Positions 29,386 through 38,834 of a DNA stretch of 64,000 bases are shown piece by piece. Origin of the DNA: an uncultured Chloroflexia bacterium. GTDB lineage: Bacteria; Chloroflexota; Limnocylindria; Limnocylindrales; CSP1-4. Within the stretch, counting starts at the first letter, position 1, and every line of letters begins with the position of its first letter. Below the pieces are notes generated by a model. The model searched no databases. It saw nothing but the letters and a program-made list of their open reading frames with translations, and was not told the origin of the DNA. The DNA is taken from NCBI GenBank assembly GCA_963713975.1, contig OY970218.1, positions 3,040,001 through 3,104,000 of the forward strand, written 5' to 3'. The position numbers were made by a program, and so were the translations under genes.

Positions 29386-29999
29386 CCATTCAGGGACCGC
29401 GATCCTCGGTTGGTCCGCCACGCGGCCGAAACGCCCTCCGAACCGCCACTGAACCACCACCGAAGCCCCGTGCTGCCCGCCATCAGCGGACCAAACAGCG
29501 AACGTGTTCGCCAGATGGTCCTCCGGGCGGCCCGGCGGAGCCCCCACGCCGGACGGCCGTCGCGTAACCCGCAGGTGCCCTGCCCGCGGCGCCCACACCA
29601 CCCGGCTCGTCTCCCGACACTCGTGAAACGGGGGGTTGCGCCGGGGTTCATAATGCAGATGTCTCTCCCCCTCCACCCGCCCGGCGGGCGTCCCGGAGGT
29701 ACCGACGGTGGCGATGCGAACGGCCAGATGGCACAACCTGCAACGGCGCATTGAGGACTTGCGCCGGCCGACCGCAGGCATCGACGCATCGCACGGCGCC
29801 GGCAATCCGGAGTCCCGCCCGCGAGCGGGCAACCTCTCGAGCGACACAAGGGCCGGCAGAGCCGGGCGGTCGGGGCGGTAGTCCCACCGCCGACCGCGCG
29901 GGGCCGGTGCAACACCTGGCCCCAGCTACGACACACGATCCAGGGCCGTCGTTCAGGAAGCGACGGCCCTGTCGCATCCCGCCGTAGACTGGCGACGCC

Positions 30000-30869
30000 A
30001 TGCCGAAACACCCCGGCCCCACCGATTCCTCTGTCGACGTGCGCGCAGCGACATCCACGGAGTCCGCCGACGTGCGCGCGATGCACGAAGCCAACCGCCT
30101 GGCCTGGGACGAGGCCGCGGAACGCTACGAGGGCTGGTTCGACGAGGCCGTTGCCCTGATCGGTGGCGGCGGCTCGAACCTCTACCCCGTCGAACACGAC
30201 CTGATCGGCGACCTGCGCGGGCGCTGCCGCCGTGCGATCCACCTCCAGTGCGCCGGGGGGCGCGACACCCTGTCGCTCTGGAACCTCGGGGCGACCGAGG
30301 TGGTCGGGGTGGACTTCAGCTCCCGGATGCTGGACCTGGCGCAAAGGCTGACATCGGCGACCGGAGCCCGCGCGACCTGGGTCGAGGCGGATGTCCTGGA
30401 GGTGCCACACGACCTCGACGGGACGGCAGACCTGCTGTACACGGGCCGCGGGGCGATCATCTGGCTCCAGGACCTGGACCGGTGGGCGGCGGTCCTGTAT
30501 CGCCTGCTGGCACCCGGAGGCCGGCTGGTGATCTTCGACGGCCACCCCGCCGAGTGGCTGTTCGATGGCGACGGCGAGGGTGGCTGGATCCTCACGGACT
30601 ACGACTACTTCGGCGGACCGGAGGCCTCACGCGGCTGGGCGCCCGAGTACATCGACCGGCTGTCGATCCCGGAGGAGGAACAGCACTGGAAGTTCGCGCG
30701 GGCGTGGACGCTGGGCGAGATCATCACGGCCCTGCTGGGGGCGGGGCTGCACCTCCAGCGCGTCACCGAGCACCCCGTCGACTGGTGGGCGGGCCACCGC
30801 GACGTCGGCCCGGTCGAGCGCGGGCGCGTCCCGTTGTCCTTCTCCGTGGTGGCAACACGCGACGCCTGA
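30000..30869 (+). CDS. Class I SAM-dependent methyltransferase
   Basis: HLQCAGGRDTLS, GVDFS, LAPGGRL..DGHP. Confidence 0.88.
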   Translation: MPKHPGPTDSSVDVRAATSTESADVRAMHEANRLAWDEAAERYEGWFDEAVALIGGGGSNLYPVEHDLIGDLRGRCRRAIHLQCAGGRDTLSLWNLGATEVVGVDFSSRMLDLAQRLTSATGARATWVEADVLEVPHDLDGTADLLYTGRGAIIWLQDLDRWAAVLYRLLAPGGRLVIFDGHPAEWLFDGDGEGGWILTDYDYFGGPEASRGWAPEYIDRLSIPEEEQHWKFARAWTLGEIITALLGAGLHLQRVTEHPVDWWAGHRDVGPVERGRVPLSFSVVATRDA

Positions 30870-30933
30870 GCCGGGCGACTCACGGGTGCGTCGGTGATTG
30901 ACGCGCCCGTGTTCCGGCGGGGAGGATGCGCCC

Positions 30934-31155
30934 ATGGACGACCACGAACCCGAAGCGATCGACGACCTTGACGCCCGGGAGGCGGCCCGCGTCCGCCGCC
31001 GTGACCATGACGCCGAGGCTGCCCGACGCGACCTGATGCGCCCCGGCATGGGCAAGGTGTTCAAGCAGATCACGGACTCGTGGGGCGAGCAGGCCTCTGA
31101 GCACGAAACGCGTGCGCGGAAGGGTGCTGGGCAGGGCTCCCATCGACCTCGGTAG
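30934..31155 (+). CDS. Small hypothetical protein
   Basis: GGAGG upstream; charged 73-aa ORF. Confidence 0.55.
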   Translation: MDDHEPEAIDDLDAREAARVRRRDHDAEAARRDLMRPGMGKVFKQITDSWGEQASEHETRARKGAGQGSHRPR

Positions 31156-31292
31156 GCCGGCGCGAGTGCAGGCGCGGCAGCCACGGTGCCCGACCGCCGT
31201 GCGGAGCCGGGCGGTGAAGCCGCTCCGGGGGTTCGCTGCCGATGGGGCGATTGCCCAGGGAACCGTTAGCTCGCCTGATCGCGGGCGGGACC

Positions 31293-31906
31293 TTATCGCC
31301 GACGCGCGCGGAACGCACGTCTGAGCATCACGATCAGCGGGAATGCCGCGACAAGCGCGATGAGCGAGATGATCGCCACGCCGGCAGCGGGGTGGATACC
31401 GAGCCCTCCGCCGCGTGACATTCCGCGGAGTCGTTCGCTGTACGCCACGATCGGCACCGAGCGACACGGCCACGATCCCCCCGTCGCACTCACCCAGGAT
31501 CGCGTCGTGGCCCCAGGCGCGCACCACGCGAGCGTCGCGGCCCACCGTGCCGACTGCCGTCACGATGGCTTCGGGGTCTCCCCTGTCGGTGCCGGCTGCG
31601 GAGGCTGCCCGTCGTGGGCGGTGAAGGCAGCCATGCGCTTCGGACGTCCGTCCACGCCGAGCACCACCCACCAGGTGTCCGTCGCGCGGTCGAGCGTGCG
31701 GTCGGCCAATCGAATGCCTCGGTGGCCACGAACTCGGGAAGCGCGACGAGGGTCTCCTCGCCGTACTGCCCGGCGGCCGCGACGACGGCGGCACGGACGG
31801 CGGGGGCGGACGGCACATCCCACGGCATCTCCCCGGCGCCGCATGCGCCACCGGCAAGCGCCATCGCCAGTCCCAACACTGCCATGCGCATGCTCGGCCC
31901 CCTCAT
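31293..31906 (-). pseudogene. Frameshifted putative lipoprotein plus downstream small membrane ORF
   Basis: Lipobox GGAC ORF; plausible coding continues in another frame near 31708 (LADRTLDRATDTWWVV), followed by a TM-ending ORF. Confidence 0.4.
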
Positions 31907-31970
31907 CGACGACGGTCGGAGGCTCGTGTAGCCAACTCGGCCCGGGTTGGCGCGACAGCGCCTCGCCGGC

Positions 31971-32312
31971 TCAGCGCGGTGCCGGCTCCAGGAAGCTCCC
32001 GTCCGGATCGCGCAGGAGGCGTCGGACCTCCATCACGCTGGCCGAGTCGATGGGTCCGTAGACGTGTGGGTAGATCCCGCTCGGATCGTCGAAGCGCCAC
32101 GGGCTTCCGGTCCGGTCCAGGTCCAGCGTCAGCAGCAGGAACGGGCGCGGGTCGTCCCGGTAGAAGCGGTTGGCGACGACGACCATCTCGGCGTCACCGT
32201 CCGTACAGTGGACGAACCCGTCCTCCGGGTACGCCGCGGGCAGGTACGGCGCAGCCGGGTCACGGCCGTCCCACGTCGCCTCCGGGATGAGATGGAGCGT
32301 CGGGCGAGTCAC
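31971..32312 (-). CDS. DUF952 family protein
   Basis: GFVHCT ... YPHVYGPI motifs. Confidence 0.88.
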   Translation of the reverse strand: MTRPTLHLIPEATWDGRDPAAPYLPAAYPEDGFVHCTDGDAEMVVVANRFYRDDPRPFLLLTLDLDRTGSPWRFDDPSGIYPHVYGPIDSASVMEVRRLLRDPDGSFLEPAPR

Positions 32313-34261
32313 TCGCCGGTCCCGGTAGCCGGCTCGTCGACGCTGACCCAGCGGCGGTCCAGCGGAACGTGGATCACCGTGGGACCCGAGGCTGCCAAGG
32401 CGGTCCGCAAAGCGCCTTCGAAGGCCGCATCGCTGTCGACCCGAACGCCGCGGGCGCCGCACGCTCGGGCAGCCGCCGCGAAGTCCAGCGGCCCGAGGTC
32501 GGTGCCGGGCGCCACGGGGCTCCCCTGCCGGTCCTGGTGAGCCCGGATCATCCCGTACCGCTCGTTGTCGAACACGATCGCGACCACGTGTGCCTCCTCG
32601 CGGACGGCGGTCTCGACCTCGGCCAGCGTCATGCCCATGCCGCCGTCGCCGATCAGCGCCACGACGCGCCGCTCGCGATGGACGAGCGCCGCTGCGAGGG
32701 CAGCCGGAAAGCCATAGCCCATCGCACCGGATGTCGGTCCCAGGAAGGTCCCGGGCCGCTTGAACCGGAGCCCGCGGGCCGCCCATCCCCCGAAGGCGCC
32801 GGCATCGGTCGTCACGATGGCGTCGTCGGGCAGCAGCCTCCGCAGGTCCGCGATCACCTTGCCGGGATGGACGCCTGGGCCGGTCCATTCGCCGTTGTCC
32901 ACGGTCGCCGCGATCTCCCAGGCCGCCCGGTCCACCGCGTTGTTGCGGTCCCGGGCCTGGAGAGGCTCCGCAGCCAGGACGGCTTCCTTCAGGCGGGCGT
33001 TCGCCGCCCGCAGGAAGGCCCTGGCGTCGGCCCGGATCACGCGCTCCGGAGCTTCGGCAAATCCTACCGGGCCCGTTCGAGGCTCGAGATCCACGTGGAT
33101 CCAGCACTGGTCCATCCCCGGGACCCGGTACCCGAATGAGGTGGGCTCGTTGAGCCGTGATCCGATGACGAGCAGCGCATCGGCCGCCTCAACGCGCTCG
33201 CGCACGACGCTCGGGCTGCCGAACCCGGTCATCCCGAGGTACAGCGGGTGGTCGTTGGGAATGACGTCGCCGCGGCGCCACGCCGCGATCACGGGCACGT
33301 GGAGCTGCTCCGCGAACCGGACCAGATCGTTCGAGCAGCGCGCGCGAAGCACGCCTGCCCCAGCGATGATGAGCGGCCGCTCGGCGGCGGCCAGGAAGTG
33401 CAGGACCGCGCGGAGGTCGGCGATGGACGGCGCCTCCGGATGCAGCCTGACGACGGGCGCCCGCGTGCCCTCCGGCACGGGAAGCTCCTGGACGTCCTCC
33501 GGGATCGAGATCAGTGCGGGCCCGGGTCGGCCGTCGACCGTGGCCCGGACCGCCTCCTCGAGCGTTGCGGCAGCGGTCGCGGGATCGTCGATCTCACCCG
33601 CCCACTTGGCCAGACCGCCAAGCGTCCGGACGAGGTCCACCTCCTGGAAGGCCTCGCGCCCACGGAGGCCACGCTCCACCTGGCCCACGATGACGAACAT
33701 CGGTGTCGAGTCCGCGGTGGCGGTGTGGATGCCGATGGCCAGGTTGGCAGCACCGACCGCGCGGGTGCCGAGACAGACGGCGGGACGACCGGTGAGCTGG
33801 CCGTACGCCTCCGCGGCGAACGCGGCTGCACCCTCGTGACGGGTCGCGACGACCCGGATGTCCGCGGCCACCAGCGCGTCCAGGATGGACAGGAAGCTCT
33901 CGCCGGCGACGGTGAACGCGATGCGGACGCCCGCCGCACGTAGCGTGGCGGCCACGAGCTCAGCGACGGTCCCGGGCTCCGCGGGCCCGGCGGGTGCCTC
34001 CGGCTCCGGCTCAGACTCCGGCTCCGGCGCCGGCTCCGGCTCCGGCTCCGGTGCAGGTTCCTCCGCGGTCGCGGGCTCCTCCTCGGCCGCGGCAGCCGAT
34101 TCCGGCTCAACTTCGGAAGCGGCCGGCGGCTCTTCCGCCGACGCCTCAGCCAGCTCGGGCTCCGGATCCGTCACCACCGGCTCCTCCGTCGATGCTTCGG
34201 GAGGGCTCACCTCGGTCGGGTCGTTTGGCTGATCGGTGGACTCGGCGCGGAACGGTTCCAT
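32309..34261 (-). CDS. Thiamine pyrophosphate-binding enzyme (acetolactate synthase-like) with acidic N-terminal extension
   Basis: RHEGAAAF, GAMGYG, GDGG...NERYG. Confidence 0.9.
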   Translation of the reverse strand: MEPFRAESTDQPNDPTEVSPPEASTEEPVVTDPEPELAEASAEEPPAASEVEPESAAAAEEEPATAEEPAPEPEPEPAPEPESEPEPEAPAGPAEPGTVAELVAATLRAAGVRIAFTVAGESFLSILDALVAADIRVVATRHEGAAAFAAEAYGQLTGRPAVCLGTRAVGAANLAIGIHTATADSTPMFVIVGQVERGLRGREAFQEVDLVRTLGGLAKWAGEIDDPATAAATLEEAVRATVDGRPGPALISIPEDVQELPVPEGTRAPVVRLHPEAPSIADLRAVLHFLAAAERPLIIAGAGVLRARCSNDLVRFAEQLHVPVIAAWRRGDVIPNDHPLYLGMTGFGSPSVVRERVEAADALLVIGSRLNEPTSFGYRVPGMDQCWIHVDLEPRTGPVGFAEAPERVIRADARAFLRAANARLKEAVLAAEPLQARDRNNAVDRAAWEIAATVDNGEWTGPGVHPGKVIADLRRLLPDDAIVTTDAGAFGGWAARGLRFKRPGTFLGPTSGAMGYGFPAALAAALVHRERRVVALIGDGGMGMTLAEVETAVREEAHVVAIVFDNERYGMIRAHQDRQGSPVAPGTDLGPLDFAAAARACGARGVRVDSDAAFEGALRTALAASGPTVIHVPLDRRWVSVDEPATGTGE

Positions 34262-34348
34262 TGAGGACCTCCTGCGTCCGGCCCTGACGGCGGTCCGTCC
34301 GGGGCCGGTGCCTGCGGGTGCGTGGGGAGCGCTGGAGTCGGGAGCTGA

Positions 34349-34459
34349 TCAGTTGGGGGCGACGTTGCCGGCGCCCGCCATCATTCCGGCCATCAGGCCG
34401 GCCACGACGACGAGAGCGACGACGATCATCACCATACGGGCCGCACGGGCTCCGGGCAT
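34349..34459 (-). CDS. 36-aa single-TM peptide (absent from the ORF track)
   Basis: AGGAGG RBS; MPGARAARMVMIVVALVVVAGLMAGMMAGAGNVAPN. Confidence 0.6.
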   Translation of the reverse strand: MPGARAARMVMIVVALVVVAGLMAGMMAGAGNVAPN

Positions 34460-34468
34460 GGGATCCTC

Positions 34469-34960
34469 CTAGCGGTAGTTCTCGAACTGGAGAGGAACGG
34501 CCTCGTCCAGTTCGCGCAGGCGCACGATCACCTTCTGGAGCTCGTCCCTGCTCTTGCTGGCGACACGGATCGCGTCGCCCTGGATGCGCGGCTGGACCTT
34601 GGGGAACTCGTCGCGGATCATCTTGACGAGCTTTCGGGCGAGGTCGTCCGGCAGGCCCCGCCGGAGCGTGATCTCCTGGCGCACCTTGTTGCCACCGGCA
34701 GGAAGCACCTCACCCCAGTCGAAGATCTTGAGCGACAGGTTCCGGCGAACGGCCTTGGATTCGATGAGGTCCCGGATCGACCGCGCCCGCATGTCGCTGT
34801 CGGTCACCAGGACGAGCCGGTCCTTCTCCTGGGCCAGGTCCACGTGGGCACCCTTGAAGTCATAGCGCTGCTGGACCTCGCGCCGGACCTGGTCCAGCGC
34901 ATTCCGCAGCTCCTGTTCGTCGAAGTCCGAGACGACGTCGAACGAGATCTCGCCCGCCAA
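34469..34960 (-). CDS. yajQ: YajQ family nucleotide-binding protein
   Basis: SFDVVS, RYDFKG, IQGDAIRV, PLQFENYR. Confidence 0.93.
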   Translation of the reverse strand: MAGEISFDVVSDFDEQELRNALDQVRREVQQRYDFKGAHVDLAQEKDRLVLVTDSDMRARSIRDLIESKAVRRNLSLKIFDWGEVLPAGGNKVRQEITLRRGLPDDLARKLVKMIRDEFPKVQPRIQGDAIRVASKSRDELQKVIVRLRELDEAVPLQFENYR

Positions 34961-34974
34961 CCGCTCGCTCCTTC

Positions 34975-35358
34975 CTAGTCCGCGACGTGCTCGCGGGTCA
35001 CTGTCCACTGCTTCAGGCGCTCGATGCGCCCGTCATCCCCCGTCTCCGCGGCGAGGAAGCCCGCCTCCCGGACCTTGGCCCCGTCGCTGCGCCGGGTCCA
35101 GCTGGCGTGCCAGGCGGCGAGGACGGTCGCGCCCGAGACCCAGTGGCGCTCGATCGTGAGATCGAAGTACCGCTCGGCCTCGGCCGACTGCAGCAAGTAT
35201 GCCCGCAGGTCGTTGTGGCCGACCAGCGGAGGCGCAAACGGGTCCAGGACGACCTCCCCCATCTGGGCGAACAGGTCGGTGTACTGATCACCGTCGTACG
35301 CGGTGCGAGCCTTGATCAGGACCTTGAGCAGGTCATGGCCCTGCGCGTAGGTGAGCAT
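34975..35358 (-). CDS. NTF2/SnoaL-like protein
   Basis: LF...DPF.PPLVG...LRAY pattern; terminal RIERLKQW. Confidence 0.65.
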   Translation of the reverse strand: MLTYAQGHDLLKVLIKARTAYDGDQYTDLFAQMGEVVLDPFAPPLVGHNDLRAYLLQSAEAERYFDLTIERHWVSGATVLAAWHASWTRRSDGAKVREAGFLAAETGDDGRIERLKQWTVTREHVAD

Positions 35359-36935
35359 CAGCCGGCCGCCAGGTGCTCGAGCAGGAGCTCGGCGATACGG
35401 TACGAGCGTCCGCCACCCATGACGAGGACGGCGTCGCCGGAGCGGACCTCGCCCGCGAGCCAGCGCGCCGTCGACTCCACGGAGCCCGGCGCCGCAGTCG
35501 GGATCCCCGGAGCACGCACGGCGACAGCCGCGGCAAGGCCGGCGGCGGAGGCGATGGAGGTGTCCGGGTCGCGTCCGGCCCAGATGTCGGCGATGGCGAC
35601 AGCGTCGGCAGCCGCCAGAACGTCGGCGAACTCGTCCAGCAGGGCGGCCGTCCGGTGGAAGGTGAGCGGCTCGTAGACGGCCCAGACGCGCCGCCCAGGC
35701 TCGCGCTGGCGGACGGCCGCGAGGGTCTCGCGGATCGCCGTCGGATGATGGCCGTAGTCGTCGTAGACCACGACACCGCGGACCTCGCCCTTGCGTTCCA
35801 AGCGTCGGCCGACGCCCGCGAACGACCCGAGGCCGGCCGCGATCGCGTCCGCGCCCAGCCCCGCAGCCGCAGCCGCACCCGCCACGCCGAGCGCATTCGA
35901 CGCGTTGTGCCGCCCCGCCGTCGACAGGCGCAGTGGGATCCCGGTCCCGCCGTCCTGCAGCCCGATCACCATCAGCCGCGTGCCATCCGGATCCGATGAC
36001 GTGATCCAGGCGAGCAGGGCGGACGCAGGCCCGACGGCCGTCTGGAACCGATCCGTGATCCCTGCCGCGTCCGATGGCGAGGCCGGCCCGTCCACCAGCG
36101 CCGTGGCGACGATACGGCCTGGCCAGTCGCCCAGCCTCGCGGCCAGCTCCGCCACCCCATCGTCGGCCACGTTGGCCACGAGGACCGGCGTCCCCGATCC
36201 GGGCGCGCGGCCCTCCGCAGCCCGCCGGATCCAGCCCTCGAACGCGGCGAGGACCGCCGCCCGGTCCGCGAACACATCCGGATGGTCCCATTCGGCCGAC
36301 GTCAACACGATCACGTCGGGCCGGTACGGATCGAAGTTCCCGGCGTACTCGTCGGCCTCAACCACGAATGGTCGCCCCTCCCCTCGGCGCGCGGTGGCGG
36401 CAACCCCGATCCCGGTGAGCGCCGCCGGCAGGAGCGCCCCGACGAAGGCACCGGGATCGGCGCCCGCGGCAGCCAGCAGATGGACCAGCCAACCGGAGCA
36501 CGTGCTCTTGCCGTGCGTGCCCGCGACCGCGATCAGCTGGCGCCCCGCGGCTGCGTCCGCGACCACCTGCTGCCACGGCTCGAGTGGGATGCCGAGCTCC
36601 CGGGCGGCGAGCAGCTCGGCGTTGTCTGGGTCGATGGCGGTCAGTGCCTTGGTCACGGCGAGACGCGCCGGCGGCTCCGTGCCACGGACGTGCGCCGCGT
36701 CATGCTGACCCGCGATCGCGATCCCGCACGCCTCTAGCGCAGGGGTGTACTGGCTCGGACCGCCGGGGTCGCAGCCGTCCACGTGCGCGCCGGCCCACCC
36801 GGCCAGCAGCGCGGCCGCGGAGGCACCGGCACCCGCCGCCCCGACGATATGGATCCGCTCACCTGCCCGGATCGGGCGTGCGACTCGCGCGGACTCCAGG
36901 CCCGCCCCGATCTGCTCCGCCCCGCGCAACGTCAC
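35358..36935 (-). CDS. murC: UDP-N-acetylmuramate--L-alanine ligase
   Basis: AVAGTHGKST, VEADE, DHPD, DDYGHHPT. Confidence 0.85.
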   Translation of the reverse strand: MTLRGAEQIGAGLESARVARPIRAGERIHIVGAAGAGASAAALLAGWAGAHVDGCDPGGPSQYTPALEACGIAIAGQHDAAHVRGTEPPARLAVTKALTAIDPDNAELLAARELGIPLEPWQQVVADAAAGRQLIAVAGTHGKSTCSGWLVHLLAAAGADPGAFVGALLPAALTGIGVAATARRGEGRPFVVEADEYAGNFDPYRPDVIVLTSAEWDHPDVFADRAAVLAAFEGWIRRAAEGRAPGSGTPVLVANVADDGVAELAARLGDWPGRIVATALVDGPASPSDAAGITDRFQTAVGPASALLAWITSSDPDGTRLMVIGLQDGGTGIPLRLSTAGRHNASNALGVAGAAAAAGLGADAIAAGLGSFAGVGRRLERKGEVRGVVVYDDYGHHPTAIRETLAAVRQREPGRRVWAVYEPLTFHRTAALLDEFADVLAAADAVAIADIWAGRDPDTSIASAAGLAAAVAVRAPGIPTAAPGSVESTARWLAGEVRSGDAVLVMGGGRSYRIAELLLEHLAAG

Positions 36936-37429
36936 GCGGTGGCCGCGCCGTCGGCACGCTCGAGGAGCAGCTCCAGCGCCGCCTCCGCGCTCGCCCGCTT
37001 GTTGGACGATCGGTCTCCGGTCCACTGGAAGCGGCGCACCTCGGCAGGCCCGCCCCCGGCAACCGCGACGTAGACGAGGCCGACCGGCTTGGCCAAGGTG
37101 CCCCCGTCTGGCCCCGCCACACCGGTGACCGCGACGGCCAGGTCGGTGCCGAGCAGCGCGCGGGCGCCCTCGGCCATCGCGAGGGCCACCTGCGCGGACA
37201 CGGCGCCATGGGCGGCCAGGACGTCGGCGGAGACACCGAGCATGGCATGCTTGACGTCGTCTGCGTAGGCGATCACGCCGCCGCGCAGGCAGGCCGACGA
37301 TCCCGGCACCTCGGTCAGCAGGTGCGCGACCAGGCCACCGGTGCACGACTCGGCAGTGGCCACCGTCAGGCCGTGGGCCACGCAGCTGGCCTGCAGGCGC
37401 CCCGCGAGGTCAACGAGGGGATCCGCCAT
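36932..37429 (-). CDS. cinA: CinA C-terminal domain / NMN deamidase PncC
   Basis: AESCTGG, HGAVS, TGVAGP..KPVG. Confidence 0.9.
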   Translation of the reverse strand: MADPLVDLAGRLQASCVAHGLTVATAESCTGGLVAHLLTEVPGSSACLRGGVIAYADDVKHAMLGVSADVLAAHGAVSAQVALAMAEGARALLGTDLAVAVTGVAGPDGGTLAKPVGLVYVAVAGGGPAEVRRFQWTGDRSSNKRASAEAALELLLERADGAATA

Positions 37430-37430
37430 G

Positions 37431-38834
37431 TCAGGTCCGGCTGGTCTTGACCGGGTCTGCGGGTGGGGCGAAGAGCCAGGTCTCGGGATTGCCCTGCTTG
37501 GACATCCGCCCCAGGTCCTCGCCGTTGAGCGTGAAGTACGTCGCGCTGGACTTGCCGGTCCGCACCTCGACGGACTCTTTCGCCGTAAAGGTCAGGACCT
37601 TGCCAGGGCTGAAGACGGTCCCGGCCACGCCCGTCTGCTTCGAGATCTTCCCGTCCACCCAGACCTTGAGCCAGGCCGTCGATCCCTTGATGCTGACCAC
37701 GAGATTCACGCCCCGGTAGACGACCGAGACGTTGCGGCTCAGGCTGGTTGCCTTCCCGTCCGCAGACGTGGCGGTCGCGATGATCTGCCACTGGCCCTCG
37801 GACAGGTCCAGCGGCGTGTCGAACGAACCGTCCTCGCCCACCGGCACGGTGATCGGCCCGACTGTCGGACCAGCCGGGACAGGCTCCGCCGATGCCGAAG
37901 GCGCCGGCGATACCGGGGCCGAGGTCGCCACGGGCGTGCCGTCGCTGGTCGCCGTCTGGATCGCCTTGATGGACACGGTCGCAGCATTCGACGTCGTCCC
38001 ACGCACGGGGATCGCCCCGTTCTCGAACTGGGCCCCCTCCGCAGGGCTTTCCAGCGTGAGCGTCGGTGCCTCCGTGACGAGGAAGGGCACCGTGATGAAG
38101 ATCCGCTCCGTGTTCTCGGACGTCTTCCCGGTCTCCGGGTCCAGCGCGCTGACGTCGAACTGGTTCCGGCCGCGCCGGAGGTCGACGTCGACCGACCAGC
38201 GGCCGGAGGCATCGGCGGTGACCCGGTACGGCTGCTCCCGAGCGGCATCCGCCACGGTCACGGTGGCGCCGGGGATCGATTCGCCACGCAGCGTGAACGA
38301 GGTGCTGTCGTCGGCCACATCGAGGACGGCCTGCGAGGGGTTCGTGACGGCGAGCGTCGGCGGCTTCGCGAACCGCACCAGCTGGACGCCCATGTAGACC
38401 GCAAACACGCCGATCAGGATGGTGAGCAGGGCCGCGACCACGATCACCGGCGAGAATGTCAGGCCCTGACGGGGCGCGGCAAGTGGCTTGGGTACCGCGA
38501 GGGCCGGCTCGGTTGCGACCGATGCGTCGCCACGTTCCCGCTTCCACTGGCGGACCACATCGTCCGGATCGAGCCCGAGGTAGAGCGCGTAGTTGCGGAG
38601 GAAGCCCTTCGTGTACACCGATCCGGGCAGCTCGTTGTACTCGCCGTGCTCGAGCGCCGCGAGGTAGCGGGAACGGATCTTGGTGTCGCGCTCGGCGCGG
38701 TACAGGTCCACGCCCTTGCGCTCCCGGGCGGCGACCAGCCGCTCGGGCAGGGACGGACCTGACTCCGTCGCGTAGGCGCGGTCGGCATCGCGCGCTTCCG
38801 CGCGCGCCCGTCGCAGCCCGTCTCGCGTCGTCAT
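37431..38834 (-). CDS. rodZ: RodZ-like HTH membrane protein with Ig-like/DUF4115 region
   Basis: TKIRSRYLAALE...YTKGFLRNYA.YLGLD, TM helix, WLKVWVDG. Confidence 0.85.
   Translation of the reverse strand: MTTRDGLRRARAEARDADRAYATESGPSLPERLVAARERKGVDLYRAERDTKIRSRYLAALEHGEYNELPGSVYTKGFLRNYALYLGLDPDDVVRQWKRERGDASVATEPALAVPKPLAAPRQGLTFSPVIVVAALLTILIGVFAVYMGVQLVRFAKPPTLAVTNPSQAVLDVADDSTSFTLRGESIPGATVTVADAAREQPYRVTADASGRWSVDVDLRRGRNQFDVSALDPETGKTSENTERIFITVPFLVTEAPTLTLESPAEGAQFENGAIPVRGTTSNAATVSIKAIQTATSDGTPVATSAPVSPAPSASAEPVPAGPTVGPITVPVGEDGSFDTPLDLSEGQWQIIATATSADGKATSLSRNVSVVYRGVNLVVSIKGSTAWLKVWVDGKISKQTGVAGTVFSPGKVLTFTAKESVEVRTGKSSATYFTLNGEDLGRMSKQGNPETWLFAPPADPVKTSRT

Noticed and set aside
29499-29510. 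Second SOS-box-like palindrome CGAACGTGTTCG
   Set aside because: The spacing is N2 rather than N4, and there is no adjacent gene start.
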